A DNA stretch of 25,795 bases, taken from Candidatus Eiseniibacteriota bacterium (GTDB lineage Bacteria; Eisenbacteria; RBG-16-71-46). The notes below the pieces were generated by a model. That model was not told the DNA's origin and searched no databases. It saw only the letters and a program-made list of their open reading frames with translations. Positions 1 through 9,014 of the stretch are shown here, piece after piece. The stretch spans positions 1 through 25,795 of the forward strand of contig JBGAOA010000061.1 of NCBI GenBank assembly GCA_044222065.1, read 5' to 3'. Position numbers and translations under genes: made by a program. Positions within the stretch are counted from its first letter, which is position 1, and each line of letters opens with the position of its first letter.

Positions 1-633
1 GGGAACGGACGCCGCCGCACACCACGAAGCCGCGCGCCGCGCGTGCTCCGCGTACGGGTAGGCCCGCACCCACGCCGTTTCGTGCGCGTCCTCCCCCGTC
101 GCATCGCGGCGCAGCGCGAGCTCGGAGCGCAGCACCGCGCGCCGCTCCGGCTTCCAGCGCACGCACGCGACCGTCGTGCGGCGCGCGCGCACGCGGAACC
201 CCGCGGCCGCCCACTCGCCGGCGCCGCTCGCGATGCGGTTGCCGAGCCGGCGCGAATCGCCTGCGGACGCGAGCCCCTTCAGCACGCGGTCGTTCGGAAA
301 GCCGGCGTAGAACGCGCCGAAGCCCGGCAGCTCGGCGAAGGCCGGGCCGCGCACCGCATCGAGCGCGCGCAGCGAGCGCGCCTTCGCGTACGCGGACCCG
401 GCGTCCGCACCAACGTAGAGCGAAGCGCGCGTGACGCTGCGGCCGCCGCCGTCGAGCCACTCCAGTTCGAGTCCGAGCAGCGCGCTGCGGCCCGGCTTGT
501 AACGCAGGTAGGCGGGGCGCACGGCGGCGAGCGCGTCGCCCGCGCCGAGCCCGTCGGCGAGCGCCTCGCGCAGCACGGCGTGCGAAGTCAGCCGGGCGGG
601 GTCGAGCGCGGACGTCGCGATCGCGGCCCTCAC
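1..633 (-). CDS. Phosphotransferase-family (APH/kinase-like) associated protein, N-terminal part only; continues beyond left edge
   Basis: Not in the ORF track because it is open at the edge. GTG at 633-631 overlaps the ABC gene stop (GTGA). Translation: MRAAIATSALDPARL...AYLRYKPGRSALLGLELEW...FYAGFPNDRVLKGL...VRWKPERRAVLR...VWVRAY. The repeated R-Y/W-K-P-x-R-R/S and FPxDxxL motifs are typical of phosphotransferase-family proteins in such GT/ABC clusters. The catalytic HGD/DxD motifs are not within the window. Confidence 0.6.
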   Translation of the reverse strand, partial: MRAAIATSALDPARLTSHAVLREALADGLGAGDALAAVRPAYLRYKPGRSALLGLELEWLDGGGRSVTRASLYVGADAGSAYAKARSLRALDAVRGPAFAELPGFGAFYAGFPNDRVLKGLASAGDSRRLGNRIASGAGEWAAAGFRVRARRTTVACVRWKPERRAVLRSELALRRDATGEDAHETAWVRAYPYAEHARRAASWCAAASVP

Positions 634-2441
634 GACGCCGCTCCCGCCGCGAGCGCGACCTCGCCGCGCGCGGCGGCGTGATCGATGCGGCGCACGAGGC
701 GGCCGCCCGCGAGTTCGAACGTCAGGTCGGGCTCGAGTCCCGGGTGGTCCTGGTGCGTGACGAGCACGACCGTGCGGCCGACGCGCAGCTCCTGCAGCGC
801 CGCGAGCACGTGATCGCGGCTCGCCTCGTCGAGGTGCGCGAACGGCTCGTCGAGCACGAGGATCGGCGCGCGGCGCAGCTTCGCGCGCGCGAGCGCGACG
901 CGCTGCCGCTGCCCGCCCGAGAGCAGCGCGCCGCGCTCGCCGACGATCGTGTCGAGCCCGTGCGGCAGCGCATTCGCGAAGCGCAGCACGCCCGCGCGCT
1001 CGGCCGCTTCCAGCACCTCCGACTCCGTCGCGTCCTCGCGGCCGAGCAGGATGTTGTCGCGCAGGCTGAGACCGAACAGCACCGAATCCTGGAACACGAC
1101 GGCGAGGCGCGAGCGCAGCGAGGCGAGCGTCCAGTCGCGCACGTCCACGCCGTCCACGCGGACGGCGCCGGCCGTGGGGTCGAGGAGCCGCGGCAGCAGC
1201 GCGAGCAGCGTGCTCTTGCCGGCGCCCGATTCGCCGCGGATCACGGCGACCGCGCCCGCAGGGACGTGCAGCGAGACGTCGTCGAGCGCGAGGTCGCCGC
1301 GCGGGTAGCGCACGGTGACGTGTTCGAGCGTGATCGCGCCGGCGACGTCCGGCGCCGCCGTCGCGTGCGGCGCGTCGGCGATCGCGGGCGGCGTGTCGAG
1401 CACGTCGAGCACGCGCTCGCCGCACGCCGCCGACTTGGCGGCGCGCGCCGCGAGGCGCGCGAGCTGGCGCACCGGCTTGTAGAGCGTGCGCTGGTAGGCG
1501 AGGAAGACGAGCAGGCCGCCCGGACTCATGTGGCCGTGCACGACGCTCCACGCGCCGAGACCGAGCGTGACCGCGGTGCCCGCCGCCGTGAGCAGGTCGA
1601 GAGAGCGGGCGAGCAGCGCCTCGAGACGCGAGGACTTGAGTCCCGAGCGCAGGCTCGAGCGGTTGCCGCGCTCGAACGACGCGCCCACGCGGTCGGTGGC
1701 GCCGAACGCCTGCAGCAGTTGAATCGCCCCGAGCGCCTCGCCCGCGTTGGCGGCGAGCACGCCCTCCTTGTCGCGGTTCTTCTTGACCGAGGTGCGGATG
1801 CGTTCGCTGATGAGGCTGCTCGCGAGCGCGATGCCGGGCACGATCGCGAGCGACAGCAGCGTGAGGCGCAAGTCGAGCCACAGCATCATCGCAAGCGTGC
1901 CCGCGAGCGTGAGCGCGGCCGAGATCGCGTCGAGCATGCCCCCCACCAGCAGTTCGCGCAGCAGCACGATGTCGCCCGTGAGCCGCATGAGCAGGTCGCC
2001 CTGCGAGCGCGACTGGTGGTACGACGGCGGCAGCACGAGCAAGTGGCGGAACAGGTCGCGGCGCAGCCGCGCCACGAGGCGCTGGCCGACCTCGCTCAGC
2101 ACGATCGTGCGCGCGTAGTCGGCGAGGCCGCCGAGCACCGAGATCACGAGCACGGCGATCGCGGCCCAGCCGACGATCGCGAACGGCGTCTGGCCGCGCA
2201 GCCCCGCGAACAGGGCGTCCAGCGGTCCCGCGTTCGCGGCGCGCGGGCGCGGTACGAGCACGTGGTCGAACACGAACTGGAGCGGCCAGGGGCGCAGCAC
2301 CTCGGACAGCGCGACGAGCCCGCTCAGCCCGAGCGCGGCGAAGAACTTCGGAAGCTGCGGCGTGAGCCGCGGCAGGAACGCGCGCACGACGTGCGTGACG
2401 CGGGGCATCGCGGCGAGCAGCCGGGACGTCACGAATCGCAC
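630..2441 (-). CDS. ABC transporter, fused permease + ATP-binding domain (exporter type)
   Basis: N-terminal TM helices (LRPWPLQFVFDHVL; GDLLMRLTGD), Walker A GESGAGKST, Q-loop VVFQD, signature LSGGQRQR, Walker B ILVLDE, H-loop VTHQ. Start chosen at GTG 2441, 5 nt after a GGAG; alternatives are 2432 and 2408. Confidence 0.92.
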   Translation of the reverse strand: MRFVTSRLLAAMPRVTHVVRAFLPRLTPQLPKFFAALGLSGLVALSEVLRPWPLQFVFDHVLVPRPRAANAGPLDALFAGLRGQTPFAIVGWAAIAVLVISVLGGLADYARTIVLSEVGQRLVARLRRDLFRHLLVLPPSYHQSRSQGDLLMRLTGDIVLLRELLVGGMLDAISAALTLAGTLAMMLWLDLRLTLLSLAIVPGIALASSLISERIRTSVKKNRDKEGVLAANAGEALGAIQLLQAFGATDRVGASFERGNRSSLRSGLKSSRLEALLARSLDLLTAAGTAVTLGLGAWSVVHGHMSPGGLLVFLAYQRTLYKPVRQLARLAARAAKSAACGERVLDVLDTPPAIADAPHATAAPDVAGAITLEHVTVRYPRGDLALDDVSLHVPAGAVAVIRGESGAGKSTLLALLPRLLDPTAGAVRVDGVDVRDWTLASLRSRLAVVFQDSVLFGLSLRDNILLGREDATESEVLEAAERAGVLRFANALPHGLDTIVGERGALLSGGQRQRVALARAKLRRAPILVLDEPFAHLDEASRDHVLAALQELRVGRTVVLVTHQDHPGLEPDLTFELAGGRLVRRIDHAAARGEVALAAGAAS

Positions 2442-3592
2442 GTGTGCTCCGCACGACGCGGGCAGCGGAGCGCGAAGCGGATGACACGCTCGGCGACGGC
2501 CTCCCACGTGTGACACGCCTCGGCCGCGTAGCGCGCCGCCGCGCCGAGGCGCGCGCGCAGCTGCGAGTCCGACGCGAGTTCGAGCAGCGCGTCCGCGAGC
2601 GCGGGCACGTCGCCCGGCGCCACGAGCAGCGCCTCGCGGCCGTGCTCGGCGACGCGCGCGACGGGGCGCGTGGCGCTCGCGACGATCGGCCGTCCCGCGG
2701 CCATCGCCTCGAACAGCTTGAGCGGCGAGAAGTACGCCTCGGCGCTCGCGTACGGCACGGCGACCGCGTCCACGACCGCGAGGTAGGCCGGCACGTCGGA
2801 GTGGGGCACGGAGCCGACGAACGTCACGGGGGCGCCGGCGCTCCGCGCGCGCTGCAGCAGGTCCTCGCGCGAGGGCCCGTCGCCGACGAGCACGAGCCGC
2901 GTGGGGCGGACGGACTGCGCGCGCGCCACCGCGTCGATCAGCGCGGGCACGTCGTGCCACGGCCGGAACGCGCCGACGAAGCCGACCCGGAACTCGGCCG
3001 CGAGCGGCGGCACGAACCGCTGGGCGCGTGCGAGCGCGTCGCCCGTCGGCGGCTCGAAGAAGATCGGCCCCGCGCCGTTCGGTTCGACCACGACCGGGAA
3101 GCCCGCGGGCGCGTGGCGTTCGACCCACGCCGCGACCTCGCCCGAGACGGCGACCGCGCCGCGGCTCGCGGCGAATCCGCGCTCGAGCCCCGCGACGACC
3201 TCCGGCGCGACGCGCGCGTCGCGGTGCCGGGCGGCCTCTTCGTCGAGCGGCGCGTTCACCTCGTAGACGTGCGGCACGTCGAGTTCGCGCGCGGCGAGCG
3301 CGCCCTCGGGACCGGCGAGGCTCAGCCGTTCGACGACGAGCGCGGGCGCGAGGCGCTCGAGGCATCCGCGAATCTCGGCGATCGACGCGCTCGCGGGGAG
3401 CGTGTCGAGCACGAGCCCGGCGGCCGTCAGTTCCGCGATCGCGCCGACGTCGCCGACGTCCGCGCACAGCGCGGCGACTTCGTGGCCGCGGCGAAGAAGC
3501 CCGCCCGCGAACTCCTGCAGGTGCACCGAGGCGCCCTTGCGGGATCCGCCGTACGGCACGCCGCGGTCACGACACAGCTGCACGATACGCAT
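2429..3592 (-). CDS. Glycosyltransferase family 4 (GT-B)
   Basis: Motifs GASVHLQE, YEVNAPL, VEPNG, VGFVGAFRPWHD, YFSPLKLFEAMAAGRPIVAS and HTWEAVA. RBS GAGGAG upstream of the ATG. Confidence 0.92.
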   Translation of the reverse strand: MRIVQLCRDRGVPYGGSRKGASVHLQEFAGGLLRRGHEVAALCADVGDVGAIAELTAAGLVLDTLPASASIAEIRGCLERLAPALVVERLSLAGPEGALAARELDVPHVYEVNAPLDEEAARHRDARVAPEVVAGLERGFAASRGAVAVSGEVAAWVERHAPAGFPVVVEPNGAGPIFFEPPTGDALARAQRFVPPLAAEFRVGFVGAFRPWHDVPALIDAVARAQSVRPTRLVLVGDGPSREDLLQRARSAGAPVTFVGSVPHSDVPAYLAVVDAVAVPYASAEAYFSPLKLFEAMAAGRPIVASATRPVARVAEHGREALLVAPGDVPALADALLELASDSQLRARLGAAARYAAEACHTWEAVAERVIRFALRCPRRAEHTCDS

Positions 3593-4751
3593 CTCGCTCC
3601 TCGTGAGGGCGGTGGCGCACGGCGGCGGAGAACAGGCCGAGCAGCGCGCGTGCGGCGGCGCGCTCGTCGAACAGCGCCTCGGCGCGGCGGCGCGCCGCGC
3701 GCCCCATGCGCTCGCGGCGCGACGGCGCGGCGAGCAGCCGCTCGAGCGCGCGCGCGAACGCGCGCGGGTCGTCCGGCGCGACGACGCGCCCGGTGCGCCC
3801 GTTCGCGACGATCTCGGGGACCCCGGCGACGCGCGTCGAGACGACGGGCACGCCGCACGCCGCGGCCTCGAGCAGCACCGTGGGCAGCGCGTCCTGGTTG
3901 CCGTCCGTGTCCACGACGCACGGCAGCGCGACGACGGCGGCGCGCCGGATCAGCCGCCGCACTTCGGGCTGCGTCTGCGGCCCCGCGAAGCGCAGCGAGC
4001 GGCCGAGCCCGAGCGCCTTCGCCCGCGCTTCGAGCGCCGCACGCTCGCGGCCGTCGCCCGCGAGCACGACGCGCGGCGCGCGTCCGCGCGCGGCGAGCAC
4101 GCCGAGCGCCTCGACGAGCACGTGGAAGCCCTTCTTGCGCACGAGCCGGCCGACCGCGACGACCGGGCCGTTCGCGACGGGACGCGCCGCGGGACGGAAC
4201 GCCTCGAGGTCCACGCCGTTGTAGATCCGCACGACGTTCGCCCCGGGCATGCGGCGGCGCAGGAAGCGGCGGTTGAAGTCGCTCACGGTGACGACGGCGC
4301 GCGCGCGGCGCGCGACCTCGCCGAGCCACGTCCAGTCCACCTTGCGCACGAAGATGTCCTTCGCGTGCGCCGTGAAGCTGAATCCGATCCCCGCCTCGCG
4401 CGCGGCGAAGCACGCGGCGGTCGCCGCGGGGCCCGCGAAGTGCGCGTGCACGTGCTGCGCGCCCCAGTCGCCGAGCGTGCGCGCGAGCCGGTGTCCGGCG
4501 AGCGCCGCGGCGCGCTGCTTCTCGGGAACGCCGGAGAGGCGCGCCGCGCCGGCGGGCCCTGCGCCCTCCATCCACACGACCTCGGGCAGCATCGCGGCCG
4601 CGGCCGGATGCACGGTCGCTTCGCCGCTGCGCTCGAGCGCGCACACGAGCACTTCGGCCCCGGCGGCGCGCATCGCGAGGATCTCGTTCAGGATGAACGT
4701 CTCCGACAGGCGCGGAAACGACTTGAGCACGTAGGCGACGCGGACGCTCAT
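3567..4751 (-). CDS. Glycosyltransferase family 4 (WcaL-like)
   Basis: Starts MSVRVAYVLKSFPRLSETFILNE. Contains HVHAHFA, FSFTAHAKDIF, YNGVD, VGRLVRKKG, DALPTVLLEAAACGVPVVST. The ATG overlaps the upstream stop (ATGA). Confidence 0.92.
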   Translation of the reverse strand: MSVRVAYVLKSFPRLSETFILNEILAMRAAGAEVLVCALERSGEATVHPAAAAMLPEVVWMEGAGPAGAARLSGVPEKQRAAALAGHRLARTLGDWGAQHVHAHFAGPAATAACFAAREAGIGFSFTAHAKDIFVRKVDWTWLGEVARRARAVVTVSDFNRRFLRRRMPGANVVRIYNGVDLEAFRPAARPVANGPVVAVGRLVRKKGFHVLVEALGVLAARGRAPRVVLAGDGRERAALEARAKALGLGRSLRFAGPQTQPEVRRLIRRAAVVALPCVVDTDGNQDALPTVLLEAAACGVPVVSTRVAGVPEIVANGRTGRVVAPDDPRAFARALERLLAAPSRRERMGRAARRRAEALFDERAAARALLGLFSAAVRHRPHEERDAYRAAVS

Positions 4752-5977
4752 GCGATCGCCCGCGAGCCGACGAACTCGGGCCCCCGCACGGGCGGCGCGA
4801 CGGGCAGGAGCCGGTCCACCGAACGCACGACCTGCTGCAGACCCGCGAGCGCGAGTTCGCCCGGCGCCGCGGCTTCGACGGGCCGCGGGCCGCGCTCGAG
4901 CGCGCGCGCCGCGGCCTCGGCGACCGCGCGCGGCGACAGCTGCTCGGGCTCCACCGTCTCGACGACGCCGCGCGCCGCGAGGCGGGAGGCGCGCAGGCGC
5001 TGTTCGTCGCGCTGGCTCGCGCGCGGGATCAGCACCGCGGGACGCCCCGCGCCGAGGATCTCGCACACCGTGTTGTAGCCCGCCATGCCGACGACGAGGT
5101 CGGCGGCCGCGACGAAGGATTCGAGCTGGCTCACGAACGGCACGACCGTCACCGACGGCGGCGCGCTCGCGCGCAGCCGGTCGAACGCGTCGGCCGAGAG
5201 GAACGGCCCCGTGACGAGCAGCGTGCGCAGGTGCCGCGGCGCGACGCCGCTGCGCACCGCTTCGACCCAGGTCGTCAGCAGCGCGTCGCCGTCCTCGCCG
5301 CCGCCCGCGGTCACGAGCGCGAACGGTTCGTCCTGCATCTGGGCGCGGGCGCGCGTCACGGCCGCGCGTTCGACGCGCGGGGCGAGGTAGCCCGTGAAGC
5401 GGGTGCGCTCGGCGATCCGGGCCGGCAGCGCGTACTCGATGCGCGCGTCGAACACTTCGGGATCGCCGTAGATCCAGAGTTCGTCGTACCAGCGCTCGAT
5501 GGTCTCGAGCGTGCCCTTCGCCTTCCACTCCGCCCGGATGCGCGCGGGCGCATCGAGGATGTCGCGCCACCCGAGGACGAGCCGCGGCGCGGCCGCGCCG
5601 GGGCTGCGCAACTCCTCGAGCGCGGGCGCGAGTTCGCCCATGAGGCCGAGCGGCGACTTGTCCACGAGCACGAGGTTCGGCCGGTAGTGACGCGCGGTGT
5701 CGGCGATGAGCGCGGCGCGAAGCTCGGTGAGCCGCGCCGGATCCACGCGCAGCGTGCGCGGCACGTACTGGTGCGCGGTCAGCTTCCGCGCGCTCGGCAG
5801 CTTGATGTAGTCGAGCCCCGGCGGCAGCGGCAGCGCGTCCACCTGCGGCGAGCAGGTCAGCAGCAGGGCCGAGAGGTCCGGGCGACCGGCGAGCGCCGAG
5901 CCCGCGATCGCGAGCATGCGCCGCACGTGTCCGAGACCGAGCGCGTCGTGTGAGTACAACAACCAGTTGGAAGTCAT
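4748..5977 (-). CDS. Predicted glycosyltransferase (COG4671-like, GT28 C-terminal-type domain)
   Basis: Motifs LYSHDALGLGH, VLVDKSPLG, LVLGWRDILD, YDELWIYGD, VTAGGGEDG, GMAGYNTVCE and IPR...EQRLRA. Start taken at ATG 5977. Confidence 0.88.
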   Translation of the reverse strand: MTSNWLLYSHDALGLGHVRRMLAIAGSALAGRPDLSALLLTCSPQVDALPLPPGLDYIKLPSARKLTAHQYVPRTLRVDPARLTELRAALIADTARHYRPNLVLVDKSPLGLMGELAPALEELRSPGAAAPRLVLGWRDILDAPARIRAEWKAKGTLETIERWYDELWIYGDPEVFDARIEYALPARIAERTRFTGYLAPRVERAAVTRARAQMQDEPFALVTAGGGEDGDALLTTWVEAVRSGVAPRHLRTLLVTGPFLSADAFDRLRASAPPSVTVVPFVSQLESFVAAADLVVGMAGYNTVCEILGAGRPAVLIPRASQRDEQRLRASRLAARGVVETVEPEQLSPRAVAEAAARALERGPRPVEAAAPGELALAGLQQVVRSVDRLLPVAPPVRGPEFVGSRAIA

Positions 5978-6321
5978 CGTTGAAATCCCCGACCGCCGGG
6001 CGGCCCTCCCGGACTGCACGGAGAGGTGAGGATTTCCGTCCACAGATACATCGAGCGCGATTCCGGGCGAATTCCCCCGGATTCCGAGCGCGCCGGCGCG
6101 CGCCCGCGGCGCGCCGACGCGGCGCTAACGCGCGCCGCCACGCGTCGCGGACGCCGTTTGGTGTCCGGAAACGGTCCGGGACGTTCGTGCCGTCCGCGTG
6201 AAGTTTCCGGCTGACGCCGGCGCTCCGCGCGCCGTAGCGTTCCTCGCACACGTGACGGAGGTCACCTCTCCGCCTTCACGGTCCGTCTTCTCTCGCTCGA
6301 GGTCTCACCCTGGAGGCTGCC

Positions 6322-6912
6322 ATGCGTTCACGTCTCATCGCACTCGCCACCGTCATCGGGCTCGTCGCCGCCACGTCCGCGAACGCCGGCCACCACCTGT
6401 GGGACACGACCGAGATCTTCTCGAACGCCGCAGGCACCGTGCAGTTCATCGAGCTGTTCACGGCCGACAACAACGAGCAGAACGTCGGCGCGTTCACGGT
6501 CACGTCGGGCGCGAACACGTTCAACTTCGTCACGAACCTCCCGACGGCGGCGACCGCGAACACGTGGATCCTGATCGGCACGGCGAACGTCGCGGGCCTC
6601 CCGGGCGGCATCACGCCCGACTACATCATGCCCGCGCACTTCTTCAACACGGGCGGCGGCACGATCAACTACGCCGGCGTGGACATCTGGAACTACGGCG
6701 CGGTGCCGACGGACGGCATCAACTCGCTGCAGCGGAACGGCTCGACGGCCGTGAACTCGCCGCGCAATTTCGCCGGCGCCTCGGGCTCGCTCGTGCTCGG
6801 CAATACGGTGCCCGCGATGCAGACGTGGGGCCTCGTGGCGCTCGTCGGCGGCCTGCTGCTGCTCGCGAGCGGCCTGCTCAAGCGCCGGGAAGCGAACACC
6901 GTCGCCGCCTGA
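6322..6912 (+). CDS. Secreted protein with lamin-tail-like N-terminal motif and IPTL-CTERM-type sorting signal
   Basis: GGAGG RBS and a signal peptide ending ANA-G. EIFSNAAGTVQFIEL resembles lamin-tail-domain 'NE...FIEL' starts. C-terminus VPAMQTWGLVALVGGLLLLASGLLKRR is motif + TM helix + basic cluster. Confidence 0.8.
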   Translation: MRSRLIALATVIGLVAATSANAGHHLWDTTEIFSNAAGTVQFIELFTADNNEQNVGAFTVTSGANTFNFVTNLPTAATANTWILIGTANVAGLPGGITPDYIMPAHFFNTGGGTINYAGVDIWNYGAVPTDGINSLQRNGSTAVNSPRNFAGASGSLVLGNTVPAMQTWGLVALVGGLLLLASGLLKRREANTVAA

Positions 6913-6946
6913 TGCGGCATTCGTAACGCCACAGGGGACGCAGGAC

Positions 6947-6983
6947 CCGCGAGGCGGTGCGCCACACGCGCGCCGCCTCGCGG
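6947..6983. terminator. Hairpin between convergent genes, probable intrinsic/bidirectional terminator
   Basis: CCGCGAGGCGG (6947-6957) pairs with CCGCCTCGCGG (6973-6983). There is no U-tract. Confidence 0.55.
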
Positions 6984-7000
6984 CGTTCCGGGCGGAACGC

Positions 7001-8233
7001 TCAGCGGAACGGCGTGAGCTGGAGCGAGAACGCGCGCTCGAGCACCCACACCAGCGCGAGCCAGGCGATCGCGAGCGAGCCGATGCCCATGACGAAGCGC
7101 GGGAACCAGCGCCGGCGCGACGCGGCGTAGAGCAGCGGAAGCACGACCGCCACGACCGCGAGCTGGCCCAGTTCGACGCCGACGTTGAACGCCCCGAGCG
7201 CGAGCGCGCGCGCGTGTCGCGGCAGCGACAGGTTGTTGAGAACGCCCGCGAAGCCGAGGCCGTGCACGAGCCCGAAGCCGAACGCCATCACCCACGCGCG
7301 CCCCGGCAGGTAGGGCCGCAGGTTGTTCCACGCCGCGGCGAAGACGGACAGCGCGATGCCGACCTCGACCCACTGCGACGGCGGCCGGAAGAGGCCGAAG
7401 AAGCCGAGCGCGAGCGTGATCGAGTGCGCCACGGTGAAAGCGGTGACGACCTTCACGACTTCGTGCCACACGGGCGCGAAGCCCGCGCGCGGCTCCCACG
7501 TCCGGTCGCGGCGCACGAGCGCCGCGGGCAGCAGCAGCGCGAACAGGAACAGCAGGTGATCGAGTCCGGTCCAGATGTGCCACAGGCCCTCGCGAACGAA
7601 CTCGACTGCGATTTCGAGCGGGCGGAACTGCTTCACGCCGAACGTGACCTCGCGCAGGTTCTCGCGCAGCACGCCGACCGACGTGGCGCGCGCGTCGGCC
7701 ACCATGAAGTACGCCCGGTGCGCGGGATCGCGGTCGAAGAGCAGCTCGACGTGCAGCGTCATGCGCGTGAACGGCGCCGCGCACGCGGCGTGGATGCCGA
7801 AGATCACCGCGTGCCACTTCTCGTCCCACTTCATGGGCGCGGGCGTGAGCGTGATCGGACAGTTCACGCTGTCGCCCGCGATCGCGAGCGAGCGGGCCAT
7901 GAGCGCACGCAGTTCGGCCTCGTGGGCGCGCAGCTCGTCGAGCGCCCGCGGGCCGTCCACCGCGGGATCGAGCCCGATCGCGAACCGCGCGTCGCGCAGG
8001 TTCAGCTCCCACGTGCCGTCCACGTTCGCGCCCGACACTTCGAGCACGAACTGGCTCGAGCCGACGCCGTGCGCGAACGCCGGCGCGGCGGGTGCGAACG
8101 CGAGCGCGGCGAGGCCGGCGAGCGCCGCGAGCGGACGGACGAGGCGGGCGGACAGGGTGCGACCGCGAGGTGAGCGCGCAGGCGAACCGTTGCCAGGGCA
8201 CGCGGAGAGCGGGGGAGCGAGGCGGGCGAGCAT
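7001..8233 (-). CDS. HupE/UreJ family membrane protein with N-terminal extracytoplasmic domain
   Basis: Signal peptide ending AFA-H. Motifs HIWTGLDHLLFL, VTAFTVAHSITL, FGLVHGLGFA, FNVGVELGQ. The start is uncertain. Confidence 0.88.
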   Translation of the reverse strand: MLARLAPPLSACPGNGSPARSPRGRTLSARLVRPLAALAGLAALAFAPAAPAFAHGVGSSQFVLEVSGANVDGTWELNLRDARFAIGLDPAVDGPRALDELRAHEAELRALMARSLAIAGDSVNCPITLTPAPMKWDEKWHAVIFGIHAACAAPFTRMTLHVELLFDRDPAHRAYFMVADARATSVGVLRENLREVTFGVKQFRPLEIAVEFVREGLWHIWTGLDHLLFLFALLLPAALVRRDRTWEPRAGFAPVWHEVVKVVTAFTVAHSITLALGFFGLFRPPSQWVEVGIALSVFAAAWNNLRPYLPGRAWVMAFGFGLVHGLGFAGVLNNLSLPRHARALALGAFNVGVELGQLAVVAVVLPLLYAASRRRWFPRFVMGIGSLAIAWLALVWVLERAFSLQLTPFR

Positions 8234-8345
8234 CGGAGCACTGTGGCGCAACGGCGTGCCGCCGCTCAACGGTTTCTTCGCGGGCCCCACGGAATTCGCC
8301 GGCCCGCGGCGGGCGTCGCTCCGGTCCTGCTAAACGCGGCCGGGC

Positions 8346-9014
8346 TCAGCCCGCGAGCCGCGCCGAGAACTTCGCGCGCCACTCGGGCGACAACGCCGCG
8401 AGGCCGGCGATCGCCGCGAGCGTCTCGCGCGGCGTCTTCGGCTCGACGCGCGCACGGAACACGCGCGCGACCGTCCAGCGCGCGTGCGGCCGCTCGACGA
8501 GGTCGATCCCCTGCCCCGCCGCGATCGCGCCCGGTGCGAGCACGCGCAGGTACCAGCCCGTCCGCCCGTTCGCGGTCACGCGCTGGACGAGGTCCTCGCG
8601 ATTCCAGCGGCGCGAGATGTTCGCGCACGGTCCGCGCGGCTGCGAGACCTGCAGCCGCACGCCGCCGGCCGACCACACGTCGCCGATGCAGACCTCGGTC
8701 TCGTCGGCGCCGTCGAGCACGAGGTTCTCGCCGAAGCCGCCGGGCCCCATCGCCGGCAGCGACAGCGCCTCGCGCCAGTCGGCGTAGTGGGCGGCCGAAT
8801 ACGCGAGCAGCGCCATGTGCTCGCCGCCGTGCACGTCGCGCGAATACTGCTCGTCGCCCTCGATCCCGAGCGGCGTGACGCGCGCTTCGCCGGCGAGCGG
8901 ATCCTTCACGTACGCGCTCTTCCACAGGCGGTTCGCGTGACGGTCCCAGTCGGGGCGCGCGTGCTCGCGCACCTTCCCGGCGCGCACTTCGAGCAGGGTC
9001 GCGATGCGCGTCAC
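8346..9014 (-). CDS. MOSC domain protein (YiiM-like, with 3-alpha tail)
   Basis: Motifs GIEGDEQ...HGG, PGGFGENL, VCIGD, LQVSQPRGPC and GRTGWYLRVLAPG. GTG 9014 overlaps the upstream stop; GGAG-free but GGCGG upstream. Confidence 0.9.
   Translation of the reverse strand: MTRIATLLEVRAGKVREHARPDWDRHANRLWKSAYVKDPLAGEARVTPLGIEGDEQYSRDVHGGEHMALLAYSAAHYADWREALSLPAMGPGGFGENLVLDGADETEVCIGDVWSAGGVRLQVSQPRGPCANISRRWNREDLVQRVTANGRTGWYLRVLAPGAIAAGQGIDLVERPHARWTVARVFRARVEPKTPRETLAAIAGLAALSPEWRAKFSARLAG

Noticed and set aside
5978..6321. Possible riboswitch or ncRNA in the 344-bp divergent intergenic region
   Set aside because: It has several GC-rich hairpins but no conserved riboswitch motif I can recognise. 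An Rfam/Infernal scan would settle it.
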